From positions 1 to 56,051 of the IMG/VR virus record IMGVR_UViG_3300009163_000041: 56,051 nucleotides of DNA; one strand, 5' to 3'. The translations under genes were made by a program, and so were the position numbers. Positions 28,025 through 37,956 of this stretch are shown piece after piece. Within the stretch, counting starts at the first letter, position 1. Each line of letters starts with the position of its first letter. The notes under the pieces were generated by a model, which was given only the letters and a program-made list of their open reading frames with translations, searched no databases and was not told the DNA's origin. The stretch comes from a virus. Lineage: Duplodnaviria; Caudoviricetes.

Positions 28025-28387
28025 TTAAGAAATACCATCACGAACAACAATTTTGTATTTAATTTTTACAAAATCTTCTGATGATTTTGTTGCGGTAACT
28101 TCCTCTACAACATAAGCTCCAGAAATAGTTGAAAAACCTGTCAGTCCAGCATTAGAGGGAGTAAGTGTTCCACCCTGCGTTACGGAGTTAGTTGCCGTTG
28201 CATATCCCTCAAGGCTATACTCATCTTTTTTGCCAGTATAGGCAACTGCTGCCGTGCCACCGCTGATATTCTTTGCTTCAACTTTATTTGAAGAAGAGCT
28301 TACTGAAATATTTGTAGCAATCATTGTGGCTTCGCCAGTCAAAATACCAAAGCTAGTTGCTGTTCCCTTAATAATTGCTACTGCCAT
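28025..28387 (-). CDS. Tail tube-like protein, paralog B
   Basis: Small beta-rich; SFG, VE.KN..G...AVA, YVVEEV...KSSEDF. Confidence 0.6.
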   Translation of the reverse strand: MAVAIIKGTATSFGILTGEATMIATNISVSSSSNKVEAKNISGGTAAVAYTGKKDEYSLEGYATATNSVTQGGTLTPSNAGLTGFSTISGAYVVEEVTATKSSEDFVKIKYKIVVRDGIS

Positions 28388-28391
28388 AAAA

Positions 28392-28751
28392 TTAGCTCGT
28401 TTGTCCTAAGTTAGCCCATCCACTTGCGGATAATTGCACTTCGGCAAATCCATCATTGGTAAATGTTCTTGAGGAAGATTCAATATACAGAGAGGTTTGG
28501 CCTCCAGTTAAAAATGTGTTTGCAGCTGCACTAACCAATTCACCAATTCCAGCAGATGCAGAACCGCTAACAATTGTCATAGAAATTGATGTGTTCGGAT
28601 TTGAAATAGCAACTGCCTTAAAAGTTCCGTTGCCACCCATAAGCTCAACTGGATCACATTTGATGGTTTGCTCAAATGAGCGAACAACGGCACTATTAAA
28701 GTCCGTAGTTCCAAAAGAGAGAGTGGTTAAACCGATAGTTGTGAGAGCCAT
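28392..28751 (-). CDS. Tail tube-like protein, paralog A
   Basis: SFG, VE.M..NG...AVA, YIESS..T.TNDGF. Confidence 0.6.
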   Translation of the reverse strand: MALTTIGLTTLSFGTTDFNSAVVRSFEQTIKCDPVELMGGNGTFKAVAISNPNTSISMTIVSGSASAGIGELVSAAANTFLTGGQTSLYIESSSRTFTNDGFAEVQLSASGWANLGQTS

Positions 28752-28767
28752 TCTAGTTTACTATTTG

Positions 28768-28773
28768 TGTCAA
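28768..28773 (-). promoter_or_regulatory. Late TTGACA motif
   Basis: 16 nt before ATG 28751; its TGA is the upstream stop. Confidence 0.6.
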
Positions 28774-28994
28774 CCTTTACGCACGAGCATTTCTTTGATT
28801 ACTTCCCAAGAAACCGTCATAATTGCACCGACAACGGCTATCATGCCTAAAGCCTTGTGCTTCAATGCCTCAAGAACAGATACCCTATTTGATAGATCAG
28901 CAAAGTTTGAAAGAGACTTTTCCACCATACTACACAACTGCACCTGCCTTTCCTCCATTCTTGCGAGCCGTTCTTTGATGGTTATCTCAGTCAT
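28770..28994 (-). CDS. XhlA-like coiled-coil plus C-terminal TM protein
   Basis: ERLARMEE...RVSVLE then hydrophobic tail. Confidence 0.6.
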   Translation of the reverse strand: MTEITIKERLARMEERQVQLCSMVEKSLSNFADLSNRVSVLEALKHKALGMIAVVGAIMTVSWEVIKEMLVRKG

Positions 28995-29164
28995 TTTTTC
29001 CACCAGTCTGCACCATCTGGAATATGAGCTAGGATGGCTTTCTGTGCTTCTCTGAGGCTCGTAGTGAGGTGAACGGCTGGCTTTCCGTCAATGTAGCCTA
29101 ACGATATGAAGCCCTCGTCTAAAAGGTACTGCAGGGCTTGGCAGGCTTGGTCGTCCTTGCTCAT
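28991..29164 (-). CDS. Hypothetical protein
   Basis: Start MSKDDQ, ATGA-coupled. Confidence 0.55.
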   Translation of the reverse strand: MSKDDQACQALQYLLDEGFISLGYIDGKPAVHLTTSLREAQKAILAHIPDGADWWKK

Positions 29165-29286
29165 TTGCTGGGAGTTCGGCCTGCGTCCTCGGCAGCTTGC
29201 ATATCGCTGTAGTTCGGCAGTCCTGTGTTGTCCGTCTTTGGAGAACATGAGCAGAGCAAGAGGGTGATGAGGAGGAGGAGGGGCAT
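29161..29286 (-). CDS. Small lipoprotein (41 aa)
   Basis: MPLLLLITLLLCSC lipobox-like. Confidence 0.55.
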   Translation of the reverse strand: MPLLLLITLLLCSCSPKTDNTGLPNYSDMQAAEDAGRTPSK

Positions 29287-30053
29287 TACTGGACATCGAG
29301 AAGCCAATGTGTTGATTGAAGAATTGCAGATGGCGAGCTTGTGGGAAGGGATGAAGAGTTTGAACAATGAATCTCTGGACCAAATCTATTTGTACTTGTA
29401 TCGTTGGTTGGCCCACCAGTTAGGGTTAGCAAAGGAGTCTGCCCTATGTTTATCGCTGGGTTAGTTTGTGAATCTGCTCCATATAGATAGATGTTTCCTG
29501 CTCCGTCCGATTCAATTACCACACCAAAAAAGCGATTGTCAGATGACGCAAGGCCAAAACCATTTGTTAGCGTTGTGTAGGAAGTTGGGGTTAAGTAAGA
29601 CGAATTAAACCCAATTAGCCTTGCTTGGATAACCCCAGATTGCAGGGCAAATTCAGCACCAAAACCCTTAATTGTAAGGCCATTAACCCCTGCCAATGGG
29701 GCATCAGTAGCATTTCCAGTACCTCCAAATACAATTCTGATGACAGAGTTTGTACTTGCTAAATTCATCATCCCACCAATCGAAAATCTAATTCTCTTTG
29801 AATAATCAATTTTACCAGCACTTGCCGTCATTAGTGCGGAAGTTGGGTCGAAGTAACCTGCTTTAGATGTTCCATTTGCCGCGGTGCCAGCATTTAAATT
29901 TATGTTAAAACCGCCAGTATTTCCTATTGAAGCCACGCCACCAGTGCCAGTTACTTTTGTGTAAGAACCAGCCAATCCAACCCGATACATCTTCATTCGC
30001 CCAGAGGCAAAAAGAAAGCTATCGATGTTGCTAGGATTCCTAACGAGAGGCAT
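29286..30053 (-). CDS. Beta-rich virion protein
   Basis: GGAGGG RBS; Gly/Ser/Thr-rich; follows fibre gene. Confidence 0.6.
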   Translation of the reverse strand: MPLVRNPSNIDSFLFASGRMKMYRVGLAGSYTKVTGTGGVASIGNTGGFNINLNAGTAANGTSKAGYFDPTSALMTASAGKIDYSKRIRFSIGGMMNLASTNSVIRIVFGGTGNATDAPLAGVNGLTIKGFGAEFALQSGVIQARLIGFNSSYLTPTSYTTLTNGFGLASSDNRFFGVVIESDGAGNIYLYGADSQTNPAINIGQTPLLTLTGGPTNDTSTNRFGPEIHCSNSSSLPTSSPSAILQSTHWLLDVQ

Positions 30054-30063
30054 CTTCCCCTCC

Positions 30064-31833
30064 TTAGCTAACTTCCGTCACCCGCGCAGTCCCAGCGGTG
30101 GCGAACACAGCCGAGTGGGTGATCGTCGTTTGGTGGTTTGGCACTTCGTAATAATCCCCCGCCGATAGGCGCACTTGATAGGCGATGGTGGTGCATGTTG
30201 CCCCAGCGCAGATATGCAAATTACCCGCCCCCTCGTTGAAAATTGTCAGCACTTCCCTTGTCGCATTATAATTAGCCAGCACGGTAGAGGCGGTTGTGCT
30301 GGTAAAGTTAGAGGTGGTGACTGCCGTGCCTTGAACGGCGAAGGTGTTGGCGGTGACTGAGCCAGAGATGGGCGGGAGGGAGGAGATGGTGACGCTGTTG
30401 CCGATGGTGACTGTGCCAGCGATGCTTAGTGGAGTGCCAGTAGTCCCATACTCTGTGCCAGAATCATTTATTAGGGAAACGCCAATTCGATTTCCGTTTC
30501 CAAAGTTTTCTCCGCTTTTGCCAATCTGAATTGGAACAAATGTATTTTCAAAAGACTCTTTCCCAAAAACATTTGCCGTCACCGTGCCAGAGATGGGCAG
30601 AGGGTTAGTTTGAGACAACATCTCACCATCTGAACCATTCTCTTGAGGAATCCAAAGCACCGACCTAATTGTATTTAGGTCTACATCCGAAATGCCCGCA
30701 ACAACACTTTCGAAGCCAGAAGGATCAGCAAATATGGCAGGGAGGGAGCCGATGGTGACGCTGTTGCCGATGGTTACACTTGCAATAGATACTGGCTGAG
30801 TGGCTGGGAAATTAAGAATCGATGTAGAGCCTGTAACTACTGCTGTGCCGAAGGTGACAGATGCTTGGGTAAAGGTTACCGAGGGAGTACCGCTGATTGA
30901 AGCTGTAACAGAACCAATTTGTGCTGTTCCTGCTGCAATGGTGACTCCGTGAGTCGCAATCTGCGTAAAAGTGACAGACGGAGTTCCGATAATGCTTGTT
31001 GAGCCAGTAATAACTGCAGTTCCGAATGTGACCGATGCCTGCGTAAAAGTAACAGTTTGTGTCGCTGGGAAATTAAGAATAGAAGCCGAGCCAGTTATTA
31101 CCGCTGTCCCAAAAGTAATAGAAGGTGTTCCAGAGATGCTTGCAGTAACTGAACCAATCTGGGCTGTTCCAGCACCAATTGTTACACCATGCGTAGCAAT
31201 TTGCGTAAATGTTACTGATGGAGTTCCAATGATACTGGTAGAACCTGTGATTACTGCAGTCCCAAAGGTAACAGAAGCTTGAGAAAATGTGACAGATTGA
31301 GATGCTGGAAAGTTTAATACAGATACAGACCCAGTAATTGTAGGCTGACTAAATGTTACAGATGCTTGCGCAAATGTAACTGTCTGCGTGGCTGGAAAAT
31401 TAAGAATTGATGTTGAACCAGTTACTACCGCTGTACCGAAAGTAACAGAAGCTTGAGAAAATGTGACAGAAGGAGTTCCAGATATAGTAGCTGTAACACT
31501 TCCACCAATGGTAACAGACGAATTTGCTATAGTAACTCCGTGTGTAACGATTGATCCAATGGTTACAGTACCACCGATTGTAACAGCAGATGCCCGAAGC
31601 TGTGTGTCCGTAAGGCCACCAGTAATCGTTACTTGACCTAGTGTAACCGTAATGTTTTCTAGAGCATTTAAGGTATTTGGTCCCAGCTCCACACCAGAAA
31701 CCGCCGTTGCTATATCTGTAATACCTTGCGTGCCGAAGGATATAACCGTATGTGCTGGGATATGAGAGTTACTTACAAGAATCGTTGAAAGCGTGGTTAA
31801 AGACTGATTCCCATCACGAATTGGTAGTGGCAT
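30064..31833 (-). CDS. Fibre-like protein with Thr/Ser/Val repeats
   Basis: Repeats ASVTFGTAV(V/I)TGSTSI, LNFPA.Q.VTF, GTPSVTFTQIATHGVTI; start MPLPIRDG. Confidence 0.75.
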   Translation of the reverse strand: MPLPIRDGNQSLTTLSTILVSNSHIPAHTVISFGTQGITDIATAVSGVELGPNTLNALENITVTLGQVTITGGLTDTQLRASAVTIGGTVTIGSIVTHGVTIANSSVTIGGSVTATISGTPSVTFSQASVTFGTAVVTGSTSILNFPATQTVTFAQASVTFSQPTITGSVSVLNFPASQSVTFSQASVTFGTAVITGSTSIIGTPSVTFTQIATHGVTIGAGTAQIGSVTASISGTPSITFGTAVITGSASILNFPATQTVTFTQASVTFGTAVITGSTSIIGTPSVTFTQIATHGVTIAAGTAQIGSVTASISGTPSVTFTQASVTFGTAVVTGSTSILNFPATQPVSIASVTIGNSVTIGSLPAIFADPSGFESVVAGISDVDLNTIRSVLWIPQENGSDGEMLSQTNPLPISGTVTANVFGKESFENTFVPIQIGKSGENFGNGNRIGVSLINDSGTEYGTTGTPLSIAGTVTIGNSVTISSLPPISGSVTANTFAVQGTAVTTSNFTSTTASTVLANYNATREVLTIFNEGAGNLHICAGATCTTIAYQVRLSAGDYYEVPNHQTTITHSAVFATAGTARVTEVS

Positions 31834-31848
31834 ATAGGTATTCCCCTT

Positions 31849-31854
31849 TGTCAA
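31849..31854 (-). promoter_or_regulatory. Late TTGACA motif
   Basis: 15 nt before ATG 31833; its TGA is the upstream stop. Confidence 0.6.
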
Positions 31855-32348
31855 ATAACCGCTAGGTACTGTGAGTTCAGATAGTCGCTAAAGTCAAGCT
31901 CTGAAACTCCATCACCAGTAGGATCTGGTGTAACGATGGCAGAAATGACCAATCCCCTATTCCAAGCTGTTTTAGCTATTTGTATAGTAGGAGTTTGCGA
32001 AGAAATCCTAGCCATATAAACATGAAGGTCAATTGAGTTGTCTTGAATCTCAAACTGAAGGCTTTGCCCAGCTCCATAAAGAGAAGCAAAAATATCCAGA
32101 TAGGTAGAATCAAAGGTGCTGGCCGATACCTTTGCCGAGGTGTCTGAATAATCCACAGAAACTTCCATCTCATACACACCGCTGTAAGGTGTGACTAGCT
32201 GGCCTACTGGCTTTGCGGAAATTGCAATATAAGGAAAAAGCTTCGCACCTATCCGTGTAGTTGTATAAACATTTACACCTGTTACGGCAGAAAATAGGGA
32301 AGCTACGGATTGCTCAAGCTGATAGTCTGGTGAATTCGAAATACTCAT
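31851..32348 (-). CDS. Tail completion/terminator-like protein, paralog B
   Basis: E.SVA...VTGVN.YT.T...L.P..AISAK...P..G.Y shared with 32345-32770. Confidence 0.6.
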   Translation of the reverse strand: MSISNSPDYQLEQSVASLFSAVTGVNVYTTTRIGAKLFPYIAISAKPVGQLVTPYSGVYEMEVSVDYSDTSAKVSASTFDSTYLDIFASLYGAGQSLQFEIQDNSIDLHVYMARISSQTPTIQIAKTAWNRGLVISAIVTPDPTGDGVSELDFSDYLNSQYLAVI

Positions 32349-32770
32349 TTAGAAGTCACCTTTATATCCATAATAATATCTTTAGCCCAAGTCCGTGTCG
32401 GTGCTACAATTCTCTGCCCGATGCTTTTAATGTTTGCTATGTAAAACTCAAGATTCGCTGAAGCTGTAGTCATTTGTGAGGCTAGGTTCGGGTCTGTATA
32501 AAATGCCTGCTGAATCTCAAAGAACTTTGAGTCATATCCTTGATTTGAGGATGTATCAGCCCTAGCTACATAAGATATTGTAGCAGTAAGATCAAAAATA
32601 CCTGTGAACGGAGCAATCTCTTCAGAGTTAATTTTAGCACTTATAGCTACAAACGGAAGAAGCCTTACGCTATCTACTGTAGATGTAAAAATATTTACCC
32701 CAGTAACACTCGCCGTGGTAATGGCGGTTGCTAGGGAATTCTCTACATCTTTCTCAATTGAAGTGGTCAT
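32345..32770 (-). CDS. Tail completion/terminator-like protein, paralog A
   Basis: ENSLA...VTGVNIFTST...LLPFVAISAK...PFTGIF. Confidence 0.6.
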   Translation of the reverse strand: MTTSIEKDVENSLATAITTASVTGVNIFTSTVDSVRLLPFVAISAKINSEEIAPFTGIFDLTATISYVARADTSSNQGYDSKFFEIQQAFYTDPNLASQMTTASANLEFYIANIKSIGQRIVAPTRTWAKDIIMDIKVTSK

Positions 32771-33090
32771 CCAGTTGTAATTTCAGCCACATCAATGTTA
32801 TACGAAACTCCATCAGCCGATATAGTCCAGCGAGCAACCATTCGCTCTGTCGCCCCAACCGTGCAAAGAGATCCCACCACAGGAGGAGCAGACACCACAG
32901 AAGCAGGCACGATGAGAGTTTGGGTGATGTTATAGACCTCTCCTCCGACTTCCAGTTCAGAAGTAAAAGATAGGTCAGTTACAGAAGCGGAAACGGCATT
33001 GGTAGCCAAGCCAGTAACCACGGTATAAAGATCGCTGATTAGCTCGTTTAGGTCTGTTCCAAAAATAGTGGTATCTAATCGTCCTGCCAT
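32767..33090 (-). CDS. Head-tail joining protein (gpFII-like position)
   Basis: Small acidic beta protein at head of neck module. Confidence 0.55.
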   Translation of the reverse strand: MAGRLDTTIFGTDLNELISDLYTVVTGLATNAVSASVTDLSFTSELEVGGEVYNITQTLIVPASVVSAPPVVGSLCTVGATERMVARWTISADGVSYNIDVAEITTG

Positions 33091-33106
33091 ATTACATATA
33101 TAGCTC

Positions 33107-33112
33107 TGTCAA
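33107..33112 (-). promoter_or_regulatory. Late TTGACA motif
   Basis: 16 nt before ATG 33090. Confidence 0.6.
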
Positions 33113-33186
33113 TTTCGCGCCCCACAACCCCACCAGTAAGCCTATCAGAGCGTTTCTAGGGGCATTTCTGAGCGATTTTAGGCCAT

Positions 33187-33849
33187 TTAAAGGGTAATAA
33201 TATTCGCCCCAAGCGTGTAGTCGTCTTGATATACTCCTGTTGGCACTAGGTCATAAGACTCCCTAACGGCAGAAGCTATTATGGCTGGAGATGAATTTAT
33301 CCCAAGAAAGTTCCTAGCCCTTTGAATAAGAAAGGGCATATAGGCAACTGAACTGCAACTTATCGCCCTCAGTCCGTTAATATCAAGCTCGTTCGGACAT
33401 AAGACTACTAGATTTTCCTTTCCGTATATTCCAATAGCTTTTTTGATCACAGCCATTGGATCGTGCCTAACCATCTGACTTATGCCAAAAGGAGCAACAA
33501 GGTCATAAACTCCAAGGTCTGGAGCCATCCAAATATTATCTAAGACGATCCTTTCATCAACCGCCTCTGGAAACTCGCCTCCAAACACAAATTTTTCCCA
33601 TCTTCTATCGCTTGCCCTGTATTCCTCATAAAGCAAAGGCCACACTTCCCTGTTGAACACATAGTCAAACTTTTCATAGGCATCGTTAATTTTCTTATGC
33701 TTTACATAGGTTGTGCATTTTAAAATATCCGCATATTCATCCTTGCACTCAAAAAATACCTCGTCGCCCCTATCTGCAAACAGCTTCGCCAACGGCAACA
33801 TTCTTAATATGTCGCCCAATCTCTGGTGATATTGTATTAGAACTTTCAC
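33187..33849 (-). CDS. GT9-like glycosyltransferase
   Basis: RLGDIL..LP.AK N-terminus; LIQRA..FLGINSSP..IA.A. Confidence 0.7.
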   Translation of the reverse strand: MKVLIQYHQRLGDILRMLPLAKLFADRGDEVFFECKDEYADILKCTTYVKHKKINDAYEKFDYVFNREVWPLLYEEYRASDRRWEKFVFGGEFPEAVDERIVLDNIWMAPDLGVYDLVAPFGISQMVRHDPMAVIKKAIGIYGKENLVVLCPNELDINGLRAISCSSVAYMPFLIQRARNFLGINSSPAIIASAVRESYDLVPTGVYQDDYTLGANIITL

Positions 33850-35699
33850 CCAGCAAAATATTCGGTAACTTTATGCTCCAATGCTTTTTCGGCTTCAAGC
33901 AACTGGATCTTCCTGCCCTTCGTATCTCTAGACTTTATTGCCAAGTCTGCATTACTTTTAGTATAGGTATCCAACTGCTCATTATCCATAGATCCTCGCA
34001 GTCTTGCTGGCACTCCGCATCCTGTGCAGAAATGCTTAATCTGACCCTCGAATTCTCGAATTGGCTTTTTCCACCACCCCTCAACTACTGGATGTCCGTT
34101 GTCTGTTCCCCTCGCAAGATCGAAAGAAGCTGCGACCTCACAAAAATACGCCCTTAGATTCCCCTTGTTCTGAACGATTGATGCAGACCATTCCCTATTT
34201 ACATCACATCCAGCGATCTTCTCCCACATCTCCTTTTCTGGATATAGGTCTTTTACTGCCGTAAGCAAAGGTGCGTGATGCGAGTTTCCGACATAATATC
34301 CTCCGTTGAATCCACGCTGATTGACCATTACATTGTGAAGATCTTTAAGCTTTTCATTTGCCCTTTCCTCGTTATGAGGATTTAGATTTAAGCCTCCGAA
34401 TGTCTTTTCAATTACCTCACGATGCTTAAAGTAGTTGTTTGTCCATAGTCCCCTTTGGTGCTGATTCGGAATCTCCTCACGAAATACCTCGCATAGCTTT
34501 TCAAACTGCGTATGCACACAGGGATTACCCCCGATCATGGCAATAATTCCCCCAAAATCCTTGAGACTGCGAAGTGCTAAACGGAAGTTTTCTGGGGTCA
34601 TCTCCCATAGCGAGTCTTGATTTTTAAGAAGGCGAGTGCAGTTAGAGCAAGCCAAATCGCACTTGTTCGTCACATCCACGCAGATAATGTGCATATGCTC
34701 TGGGCTTCTCATCTTGCCAATAGCAATATCGGCGTAAGATTGACTCTCAAGATTCTCGGCTACTTTTTCCATAATAAAATCCTTTTCAAATATATGTCTA
34801 TCTTTGACTATGTTTTTCTGCTTTTCTTTAATCTCACCAATAGATAGCCGTTGGATAAAGTCAGTCAAGCCAAACAAGTGCCGTTCCTCTGTGACATAGC
34901 AATACTTGCTCCAATCAATTTTGTCTCCAAATGGAAGCACATATTCGTCTGATACCAGTATCGGTATTGAGCCATTGAGTAAAGCCTCTGCGAATCGAAA
35001 CGACCATCTTCCGTACCCAGCAGGACATAAGGTGAATACCGACCTAGCCATAAGATCGTGGTAGGTGATTTCTCCTAGCTTCTGATTAACCTCTAGTGGA
35101 GTTCCAATCACAACTTTATCGCTTTCAAATCTTCTCTTAAACTCCAGCAATCTCCCTCCACGGATATGATCTGGAGGAAGGTGAAGCTGGGTCATGCTTC
35201 CCATAAATGAAAGCAGAATGTCCCTTTCAACGCTCTGATGTTTTATAGGCTGGGATTGATAGGGTAAAATCGCTATATCCTGCTTGTGTAGGCTTGCCAA
35301 TGACTCAAGTACAATTAGAATAAAGCGATTATCCATCCAACTATACTTTTTATCGTAAGCTCGAAGTGGGTTGGCTTCGTGCGTCATCTCGTACTTTGAC
35401 TCTGCTCTTTGTCCTACATCTCCAGTTGAAACAAGGATATGCCTTCCCCTGTGAAGATAGGCACAATGATTTACAAGAAGTTCTGGATCGACATTTGCGA
35501 ACTGCAATCCAGCCGTGAACATAGGGACAAAGAAAAAATCGGCTTCGTCTGGGTCTTTCGTTTCGTATTTCTTGAAGAAGCTATAGAAATCCACCAAGTA
35601 CTGAAGATGTGGGTAGAGTCTGTTTAGCTCTGCATAAAATAGATTTCTCTGCCATATCTCATTTGATAATATGAGATCGTGGTAGATAAATATTTTCAT
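33846..35699 (-). CDS. Exostosin (GT47)-like domain fused to radical SAM domain
   Basis: DPDEADFFFVP; SVFTLCPAGYGRWSFRFAEALLNGSIPILVSDEYVLPF..IDW; then CDLACSNC and IGGNP. Confidence 0.8.
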   Translation of the reverse strand: MKIFIYHDLILSNEIWQRNLFYAELNRLYPHLQYLVDFYSFFKKYETKDPDEADFFFVPMFTAGLQFANVDPELLVNHCAYLHRGRHILVSTGDVGQRAESKYEMTHEANPLRAYDKKYSWMDNRFILIVLESLASLHKQDIAILPYQSQPIKHQSVERDILLSFMGSMTQLHLPPDHIRGGRLLEFKRRFESDKVVIGTPLEVNQKLGEITYHDLMARSVFTLCPAGYGRWSFRFAEALLNGSIPILVSDEYVLPFGDKIDWSKYCYVTEERHLFGLTDFIQRLSIGEIKEKQKNIVKDRHIFEKDFIMEKVAENLESQSYADIAIGKMRSPEHMHIICVDVTNKCDLACSNCTRLLKNQDSLWEMTPENFRLALRSLKDFGGIIAMIGGNPCVHTQFEKLCEVFREEIPNQHQRGLWTNNYFKHREVIEKTFGGLNLNPHNEERANEKLKDLHNVMVNQRGFNGGYYVGNSHHAPLLTAVKDLYPEKEMWEKIAGCDVNREWSASIVQNKGNLRAYFCEVAASFDLARGTDNGHPVVEGWWKKPIREFEGQIKHFCTGCGVPARLRGSMDNEQLDTYTKSNADLAIKSRDTKGRKIQLLEAEKALEHKVTEYFAG

Positions 35700-36244
35700 T
35701 TAATCTTTAACCAGCAATCTCGTATAATTTCTGGGGCTTCAACAAGCTCATCCACGGCACGAATTACTCCGCTATGTGCCAAAATATAGTCATGCCCAGC
35801 AAGTATTCCTCCATTTTTAACCTTTGGCATCCAAGCAAGAATGTCTGCCTTTACCGATTCGTACCTGTGGTCTGCGTCTATAAAAACCGCATCCAGAGAT
35901 TGGTCTGCATACATTTTTGAGGCCGAAACGCTGTCAGTCCTAATCGGATTGATAAGATTTATAACTGGCCGAAGATTATCGATAAATGTTCCGAAAAGAG
36001 AGTTTTCCTTTATGTCGCTCATATCCTTATGCTCGTCTGAGCCAGACCAAGTATCTACGACATCAATGCGTAGCTTTTTGTGTTGTGCCTCAACCGCAAG
36101 ATAAGATGTGCTTGCCCCCTTCCATGCCCCAACCTCCACGATATGACCTCCCTCTGGAACAGATTCAACGATTCTCTTGTAAATATCTTGATAGTTAAAC
36201 CACTTCTCTCCAAATTTATCATCCATCCAGTAGTGCTGAATCAC
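35696..36244 (-). CDS. Class I SAM methyltransferase (Methyltransf_24-like)
   Basis: VEVGAWKGAS, VDTW, VFIDADHRY, GGILAGHDY. Confidence 0.85.
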   Translation of the reverse strand: MIQHYWMDDKFGEKWFNYQDIYKRIVESVPEGGHIVEVGAWKGASTSYLAVEAQHKKLRIDVVDTWSGSDEHKDMSDIKENSLFGTFIDNLRPVINLINPIRTDSVSASKMYADQSLDAVFIDADHRYESVKADILAWMPKVKNGGILAGHDYILAHSGVIRAVDELVEAPEIIRDCWLKIK

Positions 36245-37920
36245 TTGTTTCGTTGCTCAAATATCTTTTTACCAAGATCGTAGTTTGCAACTGCATTATG
36301 CTTTTGGAATACCTCGTCCTGCGGTGCGTTTGTAAAGAATGGGTTATTATGTTTAAAAACCAAGTCTCGTCCGTCCACTTGAATTTCTTTTGTCCGTAGC
36401 GTGAACTCGTTATCAGAAAAGATGCCACTACATTCTGCGTATTCTGGTGCGAATAAATTGCCTCCCAAGTAGTCAAGAGTAGGCTTTGTGCAGATTGCGA
36501 TGCACAGAAGATCGTCTTTTCTATATCCGTCTGATACCGCAAGGACAGCAGGCTTTGTAGGGTCTGGAAGTCTTTTTCGGATTTCCTCATCCCATCCCAG
36601 CGGAGGAACAAAATCATCAGATACTTGAACGATATACTTGCCCTTTGCCTGCTTTGCACAGGCGTTCCAAGCACCCACACACTTTCCATTCGGAGTTATG
36701 ATCTTCTCATTTCCTCCATACTCATCTGCATCTACATCTACCCCTAGAATGTGCTGAATCTTGTTAGGCTGTTTTGCCATCGCCAGCCAAGCCCATCTTG
36801 CACCTTGAAATCCAGTAGGTCTTGCCGTTGCGTGGCATAGCGTAATATCAACCTCACCAAAGTTTTTAACTTTATCTTCTTGCAAAAACTTAACCAAAGC
36901 CTCATCGCCTAATACTCTTGCACAACGCTCATAAAGGTCTGGAGCCTCCCACTTGTAAATAGCTTCTTTTGTAGTCCAGTATGCGATATTAGGAATTGGA
37001 ATTGAACAGGCTGAACGAGCAAGAGCAAGTGCTTCTATGTAGTGTTTTCGAGTGTAGTAATCCTCTGCAATGTAGAATAGTGCCTCGATTCTATGTGGGG
37101 CGAGTGCGTATGCACGAAAAAGCTCCTCACGCTTTGCTACTGGGTCAGAAAGAGAGCGACCAACAATAGTGTGACATTGAACACGAAGAATTGGATCAAG
37201 TGTTGCGTCAGCTAATGCAGTTTTTGCGTGTTGCATCGCTTGATCATACTTTCCAGACAAAAAGTATTCCTCTGCTTTGTAAAAGCGAAACAGATAATTT
37301 TCACGGATAGCTTCGTCTAAAATCCTGTGGTTTCTCGTTACGCTTGAGCCTTTGTGATCTATCGGTGCGTGAGTGATGAGACCAGTGTGTGTTCCAAGTG
37401 CCTTTGCACCTTCTGTGGATGTTGGCTTTAGTTGTTCGTGAACTGGATATTTCCATTTGAACTTTTTATTACGAGTTATGCGTTCACGGACAGGACACAG
37501 GCCAGCCAGAGGAACGGAATATCCAGCAAAAATGCAGTCGTGATCAGTTACCTTTTCGGCTATCGCAAAGAAAGCTTTTTCAGATCCTTCTGGCAGAATA
37601 TCGTCTGCATCAAACCACATACAGAACTCTTTCGTGCAGGCTTCTAGTGCCGTGTTTCTTGCGTCTGCAAAATTATCCAGATGCTCCCAATGACTAGTAT
37701 CATCTTTATTTTTATAGACTACTACTTTTGCCCCAAGCTTACTTGCTATTTCATTAAGAATCGGAAGCCCTTCTTCCGTGTGCTTGCCCATCGCAGAGCA
37801 AAGCACGATTTCGTCTGGCTTTAGTGCCTTGAAAGACTCCAAGGCTCTTGTGATATACTTGGATGCACACTCCCTAGATACGATTGCGTAAAGGGATAGG
37901 GTAAATGGGAATCTGTCCAT
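36241..37920 (-). CDS. GT2 glycosyltransferase + TPR + second GT-A domain
   Basis: FADARN.AL...WFDADD, W..PVHE, TPR-like helices, QVSDDF.PP.GWD, DNEFT. Confidence 0.8.
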   Translation of the reverse strand: MDRFPFTLSLYAIVSRECASKYITRALESFKALKPDEIVLCSAMGKHTEEGLPILNEIASKLGAKVVVYKNKDDTSHWEHLDNFADARNTALEACTKEFCMWFDADDILPEGSEKAFFAIAEKVTDHDCIFAGYSVPLAGLCPVRERITRNKKFKWKYPVHEQLKPTSTEGAKALGTHTGLITHAPIDHKGSSVTRNHRILDEAIRENYLFRFYKAEEYFLSGKYDQAMQHAKTALADATLDPILRVQCHTIVGRSLSDPVAKREELFRAYALAPHRIEALFYIAEDYYTRKHYIEALALARSACSIPIPNIAYWTTKEAIYKWEAPDLYERCARVLGDEALVKFLQEDKVKNFGEVDITLCHATARPTGFQGARWAWLAMAKQPNKIQHILGVDVDADEYGGNEKIITPNGKCVGAWNACAKQAKGKYIVQVSDDFVPPLGWDEEIRKRLPDPTKPAVLAVSDGYRKDDLLCIAICTKPTLDYLGGNLFAPEYAECSGIFSDNEFTLRTKEIQVDGRDLVFKHNNPFFTNAPQDEVFQKHNAVANYDLGKKIFEQRNK

Positions 37921-37926
37921 GCTTTT

Positions 37927-37954
37927 AACTTAACAATGACGCATACTGTGGCAA
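37927..37954 (-). promoter_or_regulatory. Promoter for glycosylation cluster (likely leaderless)
   Basis: TTGCCA-16-TAAGTT with extended TG; ATG 6 nt later. Confidence 0.55.
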
Positions 37955-37956
37955 GC

